Source of the DNA: Abditibacterium sp.
Lineage (GTDB): Bacteria > Armatimonadota > Abditibacteriia > Abditibacteriales > Abditibacteriaceae
Assembly: GCA_965199495.1 (NCBI GenBank)
Contig: CBDASK010000003.1
Coordinates: forward strand, 4,128,001 to 4,192,000
Length of the DNA stretch: 64,000 nucleotides
Direction of reading: 5' to 3'
The number at the start of each line of letters is the position of its first letter. The first letter of the stretch is position 1. Positions 20,351-30,250 of the stretch are shown piece after piece. Made by a program: the position numbers and the translations under genes. The notes below the pieces were generated by a model, which saw only the letters and a list, made by a program, of their open reading frames with translations, had not been told where the DNA came from and did no database searches.

Positions 20351-21280
20351 TCAAATCGGTTTGCGCGCGAGGGCCATAATCGTCTCGAAGTGCGGCGGCG
20401 CGCTTTCGCGATCCACGCGCGAAACTTCGATTTCGCCAAAACCCGCGTCGCTCAGCAAACTCGACATTTCGACGGGCGAAAACCCCAGCCAAACGTGCGC
20501 ATAAAGTTCGCGCGCGGCCTCGAACTCGTGGCGCACCAAATCGAAAACCACAATTTGTCCGCCCGGCTTCAACACGCGCGCCGCCTCAGCCACGGCGCGG
20601 TCGGGATGCAAAACGTGATGCAACGTCTGGTGCATCAACGCCAAATCTACCGCGCCGTCGTCAATCGGCACGTTTTCCATGTCACCCAACCGATATTCCA
20701 AATTCGACAATCCGTTGCTCGCCGCCAACTCGGCGCCGTATTCGCGCATTTTGGGCGAATTATCAACCGCAATCACACGCTTGGCGCGCTGAGCCAACAA
20801 AAGCGAAAGCGTCGCTTCGCCCGCGCCCAGATCGGCGATTTCGAGTGGCGGCAACAAGCGCAAAAACATTTCGGATAATGCTTTCCACGAACGGCCCGGC
20901 ACGTAATCGCGCCCGAATTTTCCGGCCAATTCGTCGAAATGCGTCTTCAAAGCGTCGCTGCGTTTTTCCAGTAATAATCGCAACGCCTCATCGTCGTGCG
21001 CGGACTGGGCGATTTCGGCCTGACTGCGCTGCAAAACATCTTGCACCAAAGCCTTCATGCCGGGCGGCGTGGCTGCTTTGTAAAGGTTCTTCTGGCCGAC
21101 GCGCCGCAACTCCACAAATCCGCCGCCCTTGAGCTGCGCCAGTTGCATCGAAATCCGGCTCTGGCCCATGCCCAAAATCTCCTGCAACTCGGCGACGCTG
21201 AGTTCCTCGCGGTCGAGCAGACGCAATACGCGCACGCGGTTGGCATCGCCCAAAATTCGCAGCGCCTTGAAAAATTCCAT
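20351..21280 (-). CDS. sahR: ArsR-HTH plus SAM-methyltransferase-like regulator (SahR family)
   Basis: ArsR HTH (ELSVAELQEIL.MGQSRIS), DLGAGEA, IAVDNS, RVLKPGG; divergent from ahcY. Confidence 0.85.
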   Translation of the reverse strand: MEFFKALRILGDANRVRVLRLLDREELSVAELQEILGMGQSRISMQLAQLKGGGFVELRRVGQKNLYKAATPPGMKALVQDVLQRSQAEIAQSAHDDEALRLLLEKRSDALKTHFDELAGKFGRDYVPGRSWKALSEMFLRLLPPLEIADLGAGEATLSLLLAQRAKRVIAVDNSPKMREYGAELAASNGLSNLEYRLGDMENVPIDDGAVDLALMHQTLHHVLHPDRAVAEAARVLKPGGQIVVFDLVRHEFEAARELYAHVWLGFSPVEMSSLLSDAGFGEIEVSRVDRESAPPHFETIMALARKPI

Positions 21281-21328
21281 TGGGAGCCAGTTTAGATAAA
21301 GAAGCAATGAGCGCCTATTGCACTAATC

Positions 21329-21344
21329 ATCAATCTATCTTGAT
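21329..21344. promoter_or_regulatory. Candidate SahR operator ATCAA-N6-TTGAT
   Basis: ATCAATCTATCTTGAT in the sahR/ahcY intergenic region. Confidence 0.75.
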
Positions 21345-21395
21345 TTGTTGATATTGTGTGGTATAATTTCAAGCTGAACGGAGAAAACCAAAATT

Positions 21396-22892
21396 ATGTC
21401 CACAATTTTAGCCGAAGACAAAGTCGCCGCCAAAGGCGCACAGCAAGCCAAACTCGATTCGATGGTTGCCGATATTGACGTCAACTTTACCGATTACAAA
21501 GTCGCCGATATTGCGCTCGCGAGCTGGGGCCGCAAAGAAATCAACGTCGCCGAACACGAAATGCCCGGCCTGATGGCGATTCGTAAAAAATACGCCGCTG
21601 ACAAGCCGTTGCAGGATGTGCGTATCACCGGCTCGTTGCACATGACGATTCAGACCGCCGTTTTGATCGAGACTTTGGTCGAATTGGGCGCCGATGTGCG
21701 TTGGGCGAGCTGCAACATCTTCTCGACGCAAGATCACGCCGCCGCCGCGATTGCAGCCACCGGCACGCCGGTCTTCGCTTGGAAAGGCGAATCATTGGAA
21801 GAATATTGGTGGTGCACCAATCAGGCTTTGTCGTTCCCCGGCGACCTCGGCCCGCAAATGGTCGTGGACGACGGCGGCGACGTGACGTTGTTGATTCACA
21901 AGGGCTACGAACTCGAAAATGGCGACGACAAATGGGTCAATTCCGCGTCGGGCAGTTTGGAAGAGAAAGTCATCAAGAACTTGCTCAAAACGATTCAAGC
22001 CGAGACGCCGGAGCGTTGGCGCAACGTGGTGAAAGAGTGGAAAGGCGTTTCGGAAGAGACGACGACGGGTGTTCACCGTTTATATAAGATGCAGGCCGAG
22101 GGCAAATTGCTCGTTCCCGCCATTAACGTCAACGATTCCGTGACCAAATCGAAGTTCGACAATCTTTACGGTTGCCGCGAGAGTTTGGCCGATGGAATCA
22201 AGCGCGCGACCGACGTGATGTTGTCGGGCAAAGTCGCGGTGATTTGCGGCTACGGCGATGTCGGCAAAGGTTCGGCTCAGTCGCTGCGCGGATTGGGCGC
22301 GCGCGTTGTCGTCACCGAAATCGATCCGATTAACGCGCTACAAGCCGCGATGGAAGGCTATGAAGTCAAGACCGTCGAAGACACGTTGGGCTGGGGCGAT
22401 ATTTACGTGACGACGACCGGCAACGTGGATATTCTCCGTTTGGAACACATGGAAAAGATGAAAGATCAGGCGATTGTCTGTAACATCGGCCATTTTGACA
22501 ACGAGATTCAGGTCGACAAACTCAACAACGCGCCGGGCGTCGAGCGTTTGGAAATCAAGCCGCAGGTTGACCAATACACCTTCCCCGACGGCCACCAAAT
22601 TTTCATGTTGGCCGAAGGCCGTCTGGTGAACTTGGGGTGCGCGACCGGACATCCGAGTTTCGTGATGTCGGCGAGTTTCGCCAACCAGACTTTGGCGCAG
22701 TTGGATTTGTGGGCTAAGAAAGATGAATACGAAGTCGGCGTTTACGTTTTGCCCAAGAAATTGGACGAGGAAGTCGCGCGCTTGCATCTGGAGAAAATCG
22801 GCGCGAAATTGACCGTGCTGACCAAAGAACAAGCCGATTACATCGACGTGGCTGTTGAAGGCCCGTATAAAGCCGAGACTTACCGTTATTGA
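21396..22892 (+). CDS. ahcY: Adenosylhomocysteinase
   Basis: [64 protein letters not shown]. Confidence 0.98.
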   Translation: MSTILAEDKVAAKGAQQAKLDSMVADIDVNFTDYKVADIALASWGRKEINVAEHEMPGLMAIRKKYAADKPLQDVRITGSLHMTIQTAVLIETLVELGADVRWASCNIFSTQDHAAAAIAATGTPVFAWKGESLEEYWWCTNQALSFPGDLGPQMVVDDGGDVTLLIHKGYELENGDDKWVNSASGSLEEKVIKNLLKTIQAETPERWRNVVKEWKGVSEETTTGVHRLYKMQAEGKLLVPAINVNDSVTKSKFDNLYGCRESLADGIKRATDVMLSGKVAVICGYGDVGKGSAQSLRGLGARVVVTEIDPINALQAAMEGYEVKTVEDTLGWGDIYVTTTGNVDILRLEHMEKMKDQAIVCNIGHFDNEIQVDKLNNAPGVERLEIKPQVDQYTFPDGHQIFMLAEGRLVNLGCATGHPSFVMSASFANQTLAQLDLWAKKDEYEVGVYVLPKKLDEEVARLHLEKIGAKLTVLTKEQADYIDVAVEGPYKAETYRY

Positions 22893-22906
22893 ATTTCGGC
22901 AAATAG

Positions 22907-22942
22907 AAAAAGCCGCGCCCGAATTTTCGGGCGCGGCTTTTT
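22907..22942 (+). terminator. Intrinsic terminator after ahcY
   Basis: AAAAAGCCGCGCCCGAA-tt-TTCGGGCGCGGCTTTTT. Confidence 0.85.
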
Positions 22943-22964
22943 GATTTGCGGCAAACTCGTCTGT

Positions 22965-23618
22965 ATGCCAGCGACGCTCGATTTTCAGGAGATATTGCGC
23001 AATCCCAGCGAAACTTATGAAGAGGGATTGCGCTTTTTTCGCGGCGAGGGGCTGATGAACCAAACGCTCAAACAACTCGCCGCCGATTTGGACGCGCGCC
23101 ACATTGATTACGCTGTGATTGGCGCGATTGCGCTTAACCAACACGGCTATCGGCGCTTTACTTCCGACATCGACATTTTGCTGACGTCCGAGGGTTTAGA
23201 GCGATTTCGCGCCGAGCTGGTTGGCCGTGGCTACCGTCCGGCATTTGAAGGTGCGACGCGCAAATTCCGCGCGACGCAGGAAAATGTACCAATTGAAATT
23301 ATCACGTCGGGCGAGTTTCCCGGTGATGGCCGCGCCAAAGCGGTGAGTTTTCCTGAACCTTCGCAAGTCGCAATTGAAATTGACGGCGTGAAAACGGTGA
23401 ATCTGGAAAAACTGGTCGAGCTAAAATTAGCATCGGGCGCTTCGGGTTTGGGGCGCCGCCGCGATTTAGGGGATGTGCAAGAACTGATTCGCACGCTGAA
23501 TTTAAGCGCTGGCTTTGCCGAGAAAATTGACGCTTCGGTGCGCGCGCTTTACTTAGAATTGTGGGGCGAATTGCAAGCCGCGCGCGAACAAACCGGCGCG
23601 CCCGACGCGGATTTTTAA
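22965..23618 (+). CDS. Putative nucleotidyltransferase-fold protein
   Basis: YAVIGAIAL..HG..RFTSDIDILL (G-x...DxD), LVELKL...RRRDLGD. Confidence 0.7.
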   Translation: MPATLDFQEILRNPSETYEEGLRFFRGEGLMNQTLKQLAADLDARHIDYAVIGAIALNQHGYRRFTSDIDILLTSEGLERFRAELVGRGYRPAFEGATRKFRATQENVPIEIITSGEFPGDGRAKAVSFPEPSQVAIEIDGVKTVNLEKLVELKLASGASGLGRRRDLGDVQELIRTLNLSAGFAEKIDASVRALYLELWGELQAAREQTGAPDADF

Positions 23619-25552
23619 TTTGGCACGGGCGCCGTGGCTGCTCCGTTGGCGGCTTCTTTCGCTTTCTCCTTCTCCACTTTCTTCTCGACTGCCACAGCTT
23701 TTTTCTCGGCTTCCTCGACTTTCTTCACCACTTTCTCGACCTTTTCTTCGGCGGCTTTTTCGCCGGGAATGAGCGTGATTATTGTGTCGTTGGCGTTCGG
23801 TTCGATCTGGCTGTCGGCGGCGATGACGAACAGTTCGCCTTTTTCGGTGATGAGAAAGAGCGGAATCGCGTAAACGCCATAGCGGTCACGCAGGTCTTCG
23901 TAAGTAAATTCGGCGCTCAGTTTGGTGGCTTTCACGGTCGCACCTTTGGCGAACGCTTCGTTGAGTTGCGTCCACGAAGTGCCCCGGTCGAAGATGAGAC
24001 GCCCGCGTTGGTTTGGCCCGACCGATTCGTGGCGCGCGTGACCCGCGCGTTTGAATGAAAGCTGGAACACGCCCGCGCGCCCGAACAATTCGATGTAATT
24101 CATGCAGGCGAGCGCGTTGACTTCGTCGTTGCGCGTCAGAGCCACGAGGCGTCCGTATTCGCCTTGTTCGGCGGCTTCGTGCGCGACCTTCGACATAATC
24201 GAAGTATGTTGCGCGGTCAAACCGGCCATCTTCGCCGCCGCCGTGTTGCTCACATCGGTATCCACCATCAGCACGCTGATGCCCGCTTTTTTGAGCGCCT
24301 CGGCAATTTTGCGCGACCAATCGTTGGCGCCCACGATCATCACGCCGTTGGGCGCGGGTTTGGCGATGCCCAATTTCTTGGCGACAAAACTCGCCGTCAA
24401 ACCATAAAGCGCGACGGTGCCGACGATAATCACGACCGTGACTGGCACGATGGATTCGGCGCCCGACAAAGGTTCGTCCATCGCGAGTAGGCGTTGCGCA
24501 AAAATAGAAGCCACCGCCGCCGCCACGATGCCGCGCGGCGCCATCCAACTCAAAAATAATTTCTCTTGCAGCGTGACTTTGGTGCCGATGGTCGAAAGAA
24601 ACACGCTGAGCGGGCGCGCGACAATCACCATCAATACCAGAAACGCGATGCTGCCCCAGCCGATTTCTCGCAGTTCTTCGACGCGCAGACGCGCGGCCAG
24701 TAAAATAAACAGTCCCGAAATCAACAAAACGCGCAGGTTTTCTTTGAACTCGACGATGTGGCCGACGGCGATCCATTTCTGGTTCGCCAAAATTACGCCC
24801 ATCAGCGTAACGGCGACCAAGCCCGATTCGGCCTGCAAGTGATTGGAAAACGCGAACGCGCCCGCGACAAACGCCAAAACCGCCGGGTTTTGCAGTTCGT
24901 CGGGAATCCAGAAGCGCCGCAGCAAACTCGCGAGGGCACCCGCCGCGACTAAGCCGACGCCACCGCCAAAAAGCAGCGTTTTGCCAATCGAAAGCGCGAT
25001 AAATTGCCAACCGTCGGAATGACCGACAATCGCCTCGAACACGATGACCGCCAGCACCGCACCAATCGGGTCAATGACGATGCCTTCCCAGTTGAGAATC
25101 GAAGAAACCTTGGCCGTCGGTCGCACATGGCGCAAAAGCGGCCCGATAACTGTCGGGCCAGTGACAACCAGAATCGCGCCCAGCAAAAGTGCGACGCCCC
25201 AGTCTTGAATGCCGACGAGGTAATGCGCGCCCAGCGTGCCCACGACCCACGTCGCGAGCGCGCCGACCGATAATAATCGCCACAAAACCGCGCCGACATG
25301 AGGCAATTGACTAAGACGCAACGTGAGACCGCCCTCGAACAGGATGACAGCCACGGCGAACGAGATAATCGGAAACAGTAGTCCGCCGAAAACTTTGTTG
25401 GGATCGAGAATGTGCGTTACCGGCCCCGCGATGAAGCCGAAGACGAGCAGCAACAAAATCGCGGGCAGACGCACGCGCCAGCCCAGCCACTGTGCGCCGA
25501 TTCCTAAAACTATGGTGAGCGCGATGCCCACTAAACGCTGATGTTCTTCCAA
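23615..25552 (-). CDS. CPA1 family Na+(K+)/H+ antiporter with C-terminal RCK/TrkA-like domain
   Basis: ILFEGG, VTGPTV, EGIVIDPIG, APRGIVAAAVAS, MIVGAN; start placed at TTG 25552 because the longer ORF start lies in a palindromic repeat. Confidence 0.9.
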   Translation of the reverse strand: MEEHQRLVGIALTIVLGIGAQWLGWRVRLPAILLLLVFGFIAGPVTHILDPNKVFGGLLFPIISFAVAVILFEGGLTLRLSQLPHVGAVLWRLLSVGALATWVVGTLGAHYLVGIQDWGVALLLGAILVVTGPTVIGPLLRHVRPTAKVSSILNWEGIVIDPIGAVLAVIVFEAIVGHSDGWQFIALSIGKTLLFGGGVGLVAAGALASLLRRFWIPDELQNPAVLAFVAGAFAFSNHLQAESGLVAVTLMGVILANQKWIAVGHIVEFKENLRVLLISGLFILLAARLRVEELREIGWGSIAFLVLMVIVARPLSVFLSTIGTKVTLQEKLFLSWMAPRGIVAAAVASIFAQRLLAMDEPLSGAESIVPVTVVIIVGTVALYGLTASFVAKKLGIAKPAPNGVMIVGANDWSRKIAEALKKAGISVLMVDTDVSNTAAAKMAGLTAQHTSIMSKVAHEAAEQGEYGRLVALTRNDEVNALACMNYIELFGRAGVFQLSFKRAGHARHESVGPNQRGRLIFDRGTSWTQLNEAFAKGATVKATKLSAEFTYEDLRDRYGVYAIPLFLITEKGELFVIAADSQIEPNANDTIITLIPGEKAAEEKVEKVVKKVEEAEKKAVAVEKKVEKEKAKEAANGAATAPVPN

Positions 25553-25614
25553 ATAAATTCCCTTGAAAAAGTCGAAGTCAAAAAGACCGATGGAGTTCTC
25601 ATCTGCGATAACTC

Positions 25615-25760
25615 CCGCTTTGTCATTCTGAGCGAAGAGAGGCACGAACGAAGTCGAAGAATCCATGCGTTATAACCGGAACGCAGGATTGAGAAAAACT
25701 TCAGAGTTATGGATTCTTCGACTTCGTTCGTGCCTCTCTTCGCTCAGAATGACAAAGCGG
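25615..25760. repeat. Perfect 52-bp inverted repeat, family B (TGTCATTCTGAGCGAAG...GAAGAATC)
   Basis: Arms 25615-25666 and 25709-25760; explains the identical MDSSTSFVPLFAQNDKA ORF starts on both strands. Confidence 0.92.
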
Positions 25761-25791
25761 AGAGCATCACTATCGTAGCATTAACTGCCGA

Positions 25792-26538
25792 TCAAAATTC
25801 GTTGATTTCGTTGGTGTCCAAACCAATTTTGCGTTGCAACGTCGCGCCGGGCAGGGCGAAACGAAACGTCATGTCGTGGCCGTCGCCGGGAATGTTGACC
25901 AAAACTTCGTCTTGCGCCTGTTCCAGTTTTGCCATCTCGAAATCGGGGTGTTCCAGAAACAACGTCCAGCCGCCGATTTGCGGGTTGGGCAGGGCGTTGA
26001 TGATTTGCACGTTTTCGTCGTAAACCGGAAATATCGGCAATTGCGTGGGCGATTCTGAGCGCAGAATCATCAATAAATCGCCCGCCGAAAAGTTGAGCGC
26101 GCGCACGCGAAATCCGCGACTGGCGACGCCTTCGATGAGTTCGTGAAACGGCGTCATCGGATCGTCACGCAATTCATTTTCGCCTTCGATGGGTTCGCTC
26201 CACAGCTCCTCGCGATCAATTTCGCTGGAATCCTGTGCGTCGGTCGTTTCGGGTTCGAGCGTGAAAATCGCGCGCGGCCAATTCGCCGACATTTGGTCGC
26301 CGCGCATTTCGATCTGCACCGGCTCGAAGAAATCGCTTTCGAGCATCAGGCCCAGAAAGTTCTTCTGACTATCGTAAAAGGTATCAACCGGCGCGACATC
26401 GGGCGGCAAAGTGCCCGCCGCGAACAGGTTCGTCGGATGCGAAATAACGCGCAACAACGCCAACAGTTGATCGGGCTTGAGCAGAAACATCAACCATTTT
26501 TTGGTTTCGCGCTGGGGCGCAGATTCGGAATTTTGCAT
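25792..26538 (-). CDS. Hypothetical protein with apparent internal domain duplication
   Basis: 248-aa ORF directly downstream of aroQ; DQLLALLR...LMLESDFFE resembles GDLLMILR...LFLEHPDFE. Confidence 0.65.
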   Translation of the reverse strand: MQNSESAPQRETKKWLMFLLKPDQLLALLRVISHPTNLFAAGTLPPDVAPVDTFYDSQKNFLGLMLESDFFEPVQIEMRGDQMSANWPRAIFTLEPETTDAQDSSEIDREELWSEPIEGENELRDDPMTPFHELIEGVASRGFRVRALNFSAGDLLMILRSESPTQLPIFPVYDENVQIINALPNPQIGGWTLFLEHPDFEMAKLEQAQDEVLVNIPGDGHDMTFRFALPGATLQRKIGLDTNEINEF

Positions 26539-26578
26539 AACGTGAAAGTCAGTTTAGGAAACGCGAAGCCTTGCCCGG

Positions 26579-27010
26579 CTAATCATGCGCCAGTTCGGCG
26601 GCGGCGCGCAAGCCGAGTTCGTAGGACAGCGTGCCAAACCCGGCGATAGTGCCGACGCAAACTTCCGAAATGACCGAATGATGGCGCCACGCTTCGGCGC
26701 GCGCGGCGGTGTTGGACAAATGAACTTCGATGACCGGATGCGGAATCGCGGCGATGGCATCGCGCAGCGCATACGAATAATGCGTCCATGCGCCCGCGTT
26801 CAGCACGACGGCCTGCGCCTGAGTTTGATGCAACTCGTCAATGATGACGCCTTCGTGATTCGATTGGACGCACTCGACTTCAACGCTCATTTCTTGGCCC
26901 AACGTCATCAAGCGTTCATTGAGCGAATCGAGGGTTAAAATGCCGTAAATATCCGGCTCGCGCGAGCCGAGCAGGTTGAGGTTAGGGCCGTGTAATACGA
27001 GAATTTTCAT
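26579..27010 (-). CDS. aroQ: Type II 3-dehydroquinate dehydratase
   Basis: HGPNLNLLGSREPDIYG, QSNHEG, NAGAWTHYS, IEVHLSN. Confidence 0.97.
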   Translation of the reverse strand: MKILVLHGPNLNLLGSREPDIYGILTLDSLNERLMTLGQEMSVEVECVQSNHEGVIIDELHQTQAQAVVLNAGAWTHYSYALRDAIAAIPHPVIEVHLSNTAARAEAWRHHSVISEVCVGTIAGFGTLSYELGLRAAAELAHD

Positions 27011-27021
27011 AGTTTGAGTTT

Positions 27022-27108
27022 CCGTAGAGACGCCGATTTATCGCGTCTGAAACGTGGAAATTGCGGAAAGTTTTATATTTTAGAAGCGATAAATCGGCGT
27101 CTCTACGG
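27022..27108. repeat. GTAG-REP doublet (REPIN-like)
   Basis: CCGTAGAGACGCCGATTTATCGCGTCT and inverted AGAAGCGATAAATCGGCGTCTCTACGG; related to the core at 15182. Confidence 0.88.
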
Positions 27109-29115
27109 GGCGGTTGTTGCTATTATCTGTTTCAAACGCGCTTCCAATTCGTCGGCGTCGTCGTAGGTATCTATGCTACCGCCGCCGCCAACGGCGGCGG
27201 CCATTTCGCGATTGTGCGGCGCGATGAGTTTGGCTGCCGCGACATCTTTGAGCGCGCGCTCCGCCAGTTTACGCGCGCGCGTGCTTTGACCTTCTTGTTT
27301 CAGTCGCGGCGCCAACAGAGCCACGCCGCGCGCGAAGTCCAAATTAACTTGATCGTTATCGGATAGCGCCGGATAGCGACCGTAAGGCGCGTCCCACAAA
27401 TCCATTAATGTTTTCAAATCGTCGTAGCCGCGCGCGTCTTTGTGTTGCAACTGAAACTTGGCGCGCGTCAGCAAAAAATAAGAAGAAAGCGGCTCGCGTT
27501 TCAATGCCTCGCCCATCCATTTTTCGTAAAGGTCGGGCCGATTGTTGGCCTGCGCCACGCGCGCTAACGTCAGATAGTTCGCCGAACGGTCGGGCTGCAA
27601 TTCAATCGCGCGCTGCAACGCCGCGTTGCTATCCAAACCGTTGGCGCTTTGCAAATAACCCAAATTCGCCTGCAAACGCGACGAACCGGGCGCAATCGCG
27701 ACGGCTTGCTCGGCGAATTGCAACGCCTGCGCGCGCGAACCCAAATCGAGCAAACGCTGCGATTCGTTGTAAGCATCCTGTCCCTGCGCGGCCTGCTGTG
27801 TGCCAAATCCGGCCAAAGCCAACAGCAAAGTCGCGCCGATCCAACCCAAATTCAAGTTGCCGCGCGGTTCTTCAATTTCATCAATCGGCGCGGGCATTTG
27901 CAACAATCCCAGCGCAAGCGCCAATAAAATCACGACTGGCGTCGCGCCCCATCCGGCGTCGAAACAGCCATGAACGATCATCGCGATTAAAGCGCCGATG
28001 GCGCCCGCGCGCAACGCCCAACCTTCGTCGCGGCGCGCGCGCCAACCGTTGCGTAGCGCCAACGCAAAAGTCGCGGCCAAAATTAATAGCGCGGGCACGC
28101 CCGATTCGGCGGCGATTTGCAGCCACGATTCGTGCGCACTGCGCGCCGTTCCAGCGGGCGCGAACTGCGGATACGAACCGGAAAACGCGCCCGGCCCAAA
28201 ACCGAACACGGGGCGCGCTTCGATCATTTTGAGCGTGCCACGCCACAGGTAAACACGAAACATCGTCGAGTTATCGTCGGAGCCACGCGCCGCCAAAAGT
28301 CGCGGCACCACGGTTTTGGCGGCCAAGGCGCCGAAAACTAACGCCAACACCAAAACGGCGGGCAACATTTTGCGAAACACCGTTTTAAATGCGGCGGGCC
28401 GCGCCGCACGCAACGCGAAAATCGTGATGATCGAACCGACGAAAGCCGCCAACAATCCGCCTTTGCTCGACGTGACGGCCAGAGCCGGAAGCAAAATGAG
28501 AAACGGAATCGCGCCAACAATGGCGAAATTACGATTGCGCCAAACGTTCCAGACCGCGAGCGGCAAACCGATGGAAAGTGGAATCGCCAGGGCCAGCGCA
28601 TTGGCGAACAAATTGGGATTGAGAAACGTGCCGAACTGGCGCGGATCGTGTGTTTGGAAAAAATTAAATAACGCTTGTCCGCCTAAATATGTCACGCCCA
28701 AAACCGCCGCCGCGATGAAACCCAATTTTTGTGTGGGCCGGGGAAAGGCGCGAACGATGAAGAAAAATAAGAGCGCGCCGGTGATGCGGCCCAATTCGAG
28801 CCACGCGTCGTGCGCATAAGTGCCGGTAAGAACCGTCAGCAAACTCCAACCGAGAAACAGACTCAGACATGCAGCCACGGCGTCGAAGCGCGGGACAGGC
28901 AAACGTGAAATCGCGAGTAAAATTGCCACGCCCGCCAACAATAAAGTGAAAAGCGCTTGGGGCCAGAAATTGTAATCGCCGGGCCAAAAATTGGCGATTT
29001 GCGTGGGCGCGCACAACAATAAAATGAGCGCGCCCGCCCACGCGAGCAAACCGAAAAGCGAATCGAAACCGAGCGCGCCCGTTTTCTGAACCGGCGCTGC
29101 GCGCGCGCCGCGCAT
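27103..29115 (-). CDS. O-antigen ligase (Wzy_C)-family membrane protein with C-terminal TPRs
   Basis: Multiple TMs, GTFLNPNLFA, TSSKGG, RVYLW...PVFGFGPG, AHESWLQIAAESG, TPR-like C-terminus. Confidence 0.88.
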   Translation of the reverse strand: MRGARAAPVQKTGALGFDSLFGLLAWAGALILLLCAPTQIANFWPGDYNFWPQALFTLLLAGVAILLAISRLPVPRFDAVAACLSLFLGWSLLTVLTGTYAHDAWLELGRITGALLFFFIVRAFPRPTQKLGFIAAAVLGVTYLGGQALFNFFQTHDPRQFGTFLNPNLFANALALAIPLSIGLPLAVWNVWRNRNFAIVGAIPFLILLPALAVTSSKGGLLAAFVGSIITIFALRAARPAAFKTVFRKMLPAVLVLALVFGALAAKTVVPRLLAARGSDDNSTMFRVYLWRGTLKMIEARPVFGFGPGAFSGSYPQFAPAGTARSAHESWLQIAAESGVPALLILAATFALALRNGWRARRDEGWALRAGAIGALIAMIVHGCFDAGWGATPVVILLALALGLLQMPAPIDEIEEPRGNLNLGWIGATLLLALAGFGTQQAAQGQDAYNESQRLLDLGSRAQALQFAEQAVAIAPGSSRLQANLGYLQSANGLDSNAALQRAIELQPDRSANYLTLARVAQANNRPDLYEKWMGEALKREPLSSYFLLTRAKFQLQHKDARGYDDLKTLMDLWDAPYGRYPALSDNDQVNLDFARGVALLAPRLKQEGQSTRARKLAERALKDVAAAKLIAPHNREMAAAVGGGGSIDTYDDADELEARLKQIIATTAP

Positions 29116-29206
29116 GGGAGAAGAAATCACGCGATTCAGTTTAATGGCGCCTCCATACAAAAGACGATTTCTCGCGTTTAAAAACGTGACGCGCTAAAAT
29201 AGCTTT

Positions 29207-30211
29207 GTGCGCTTTCTTTTTGCCTTCATCTTCCTGCCCGCCGTGGCTGCTCATTCCCAATCGAACTGGAACGGCCCGTTGCCCGCTGAAAACGCGCGGC
29301 CACTCAATCAAATTTTTCTGCATTTGCCGCCCGCTAATCCCGACGTTCTCGACAAAAATCAAAGCGCGTTGGGAATTCAACTCGACATCGCCAACAATTT
29401 ACTGATTCCCAATCCCGACGCGGGTGGAAGCGTCACCGAAGATTTCGAGACGCAGCGTTTAATGTTAGGTTACCGGCGCGGTCTGGGCCACGATTTGGAA
29501 GTGCGCGTAGACGGCCAACTCATCGCGCGCAACGGCGGCTTTGAGGACGCGCCAATTGACGCCTATCACCGCTTGTTTGGCATCAAGGCCAATGGCCAAG
29601 ACCAGCCGCAGGGCCGCTTTAACATTCCACGCAACCGTTCGATTCTGGCGTTTCAAAATGCCAACGGAAGCGGAATTAGCGAGGGCAGCGCCTTTGGCGT
29701 GGGCGATACGACTTTGAGTTTGCAACGCCAACTTTCGCGCGGCAAATTCGCCAGTGCCGCGCGTTTGGGCGTGAAATTGCCGACGGGAAGCGGCAACAAA
29801 ATTCTGGGTTCGGGCGGCTTCGATGGCGGCGCGAGTTTCGATGCGCGCTTCCAATTCGCGCGCAATTGGGCTTTGTTTGGCAACGCGGGCGCCTACACTT
29901 ATGGCGGCGCCGATGTGCCCGACGCCAAAAATAACGGAGTGAGCGGCGGTTTGGGTTTCGAGCGTCGCGTCGGCAAAGGCCAATCCATTCTGGCACAAAT
30001 CAACGCCGACAGCCGCGTCGTCACGACGGGCAACGCGTTCGCGGATAGAACGCCGGTTATCGCGTCGGTCGGCTACAAACGCCAATGGAAAACCGGCGCG
30101 TTATGGGCGTTCTTTTCGGAAAACGGCGATTATCACAATTACAACGCGCCATTTTTCGGCAACATCGCGCCCGATTTGACGCTGCGCTTCGGCTACGAAT
30201 TTCGGCGTTGA
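29207..30211 (+). CDS. Outer-membrane beta-barrel protein (DUF3187-like)
   Basis: Signal peptide, GPLP.EN..P, IDAYHRLFG, KLPTG...GSG..D, terminal LRFGYEF. Confidence 0.72.
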   Translation: MRFLFAFIFLPAVAAHSQSNWNGPLPAENARPLNQIFLHLPPANPDVLDKNQSALGIQLDIANNLLIPNPDAGGSVTEDFETQRLMLGYRRGLGHDLEVRVDGQLIARNGGFEDAPIDAYHRLFGIKANGQDQPQGRFNIPRNRSILAFQNANGSGISEGSAFGVGDTTLSLQRQLSRGKFASAARLGVKLPTGSGNKILGSGGFDGGASFDARFQFARNWALFGNAGAYTYGGADVPDAKNNGVSGGLGFERRVGKGQSILAQINADSRVVTTGNAFADRTPVIASVGYKRQWKTGALWAFFSENGDYHNYNAPFFGNIAPDLTLRFGYEFRR

Positions 30212-30216
30212 AAAAG

Positions 30217-30249
30217 AAAAGCTCCGGCGCGCAGGCGCTGGAGCTTTTT
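30217..30249. terminator. Bidirectional terminator
   Basis: AAAAGCTCCGGCGC-gcag-GCGCTGGAGCTTTTT between convergent genes. Confidence 0.8.
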
Positions 30250-30250
30250 G

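Noticed and set aside
25553..26023. Two ORFs on opposite strands starting with identical MDSSTSFVPLFAQNDKA
   Set aside because: Artefact of the 52-bp inverted repeat at 25615-25760; not a duplicated peptide or true antiporter N-terminus
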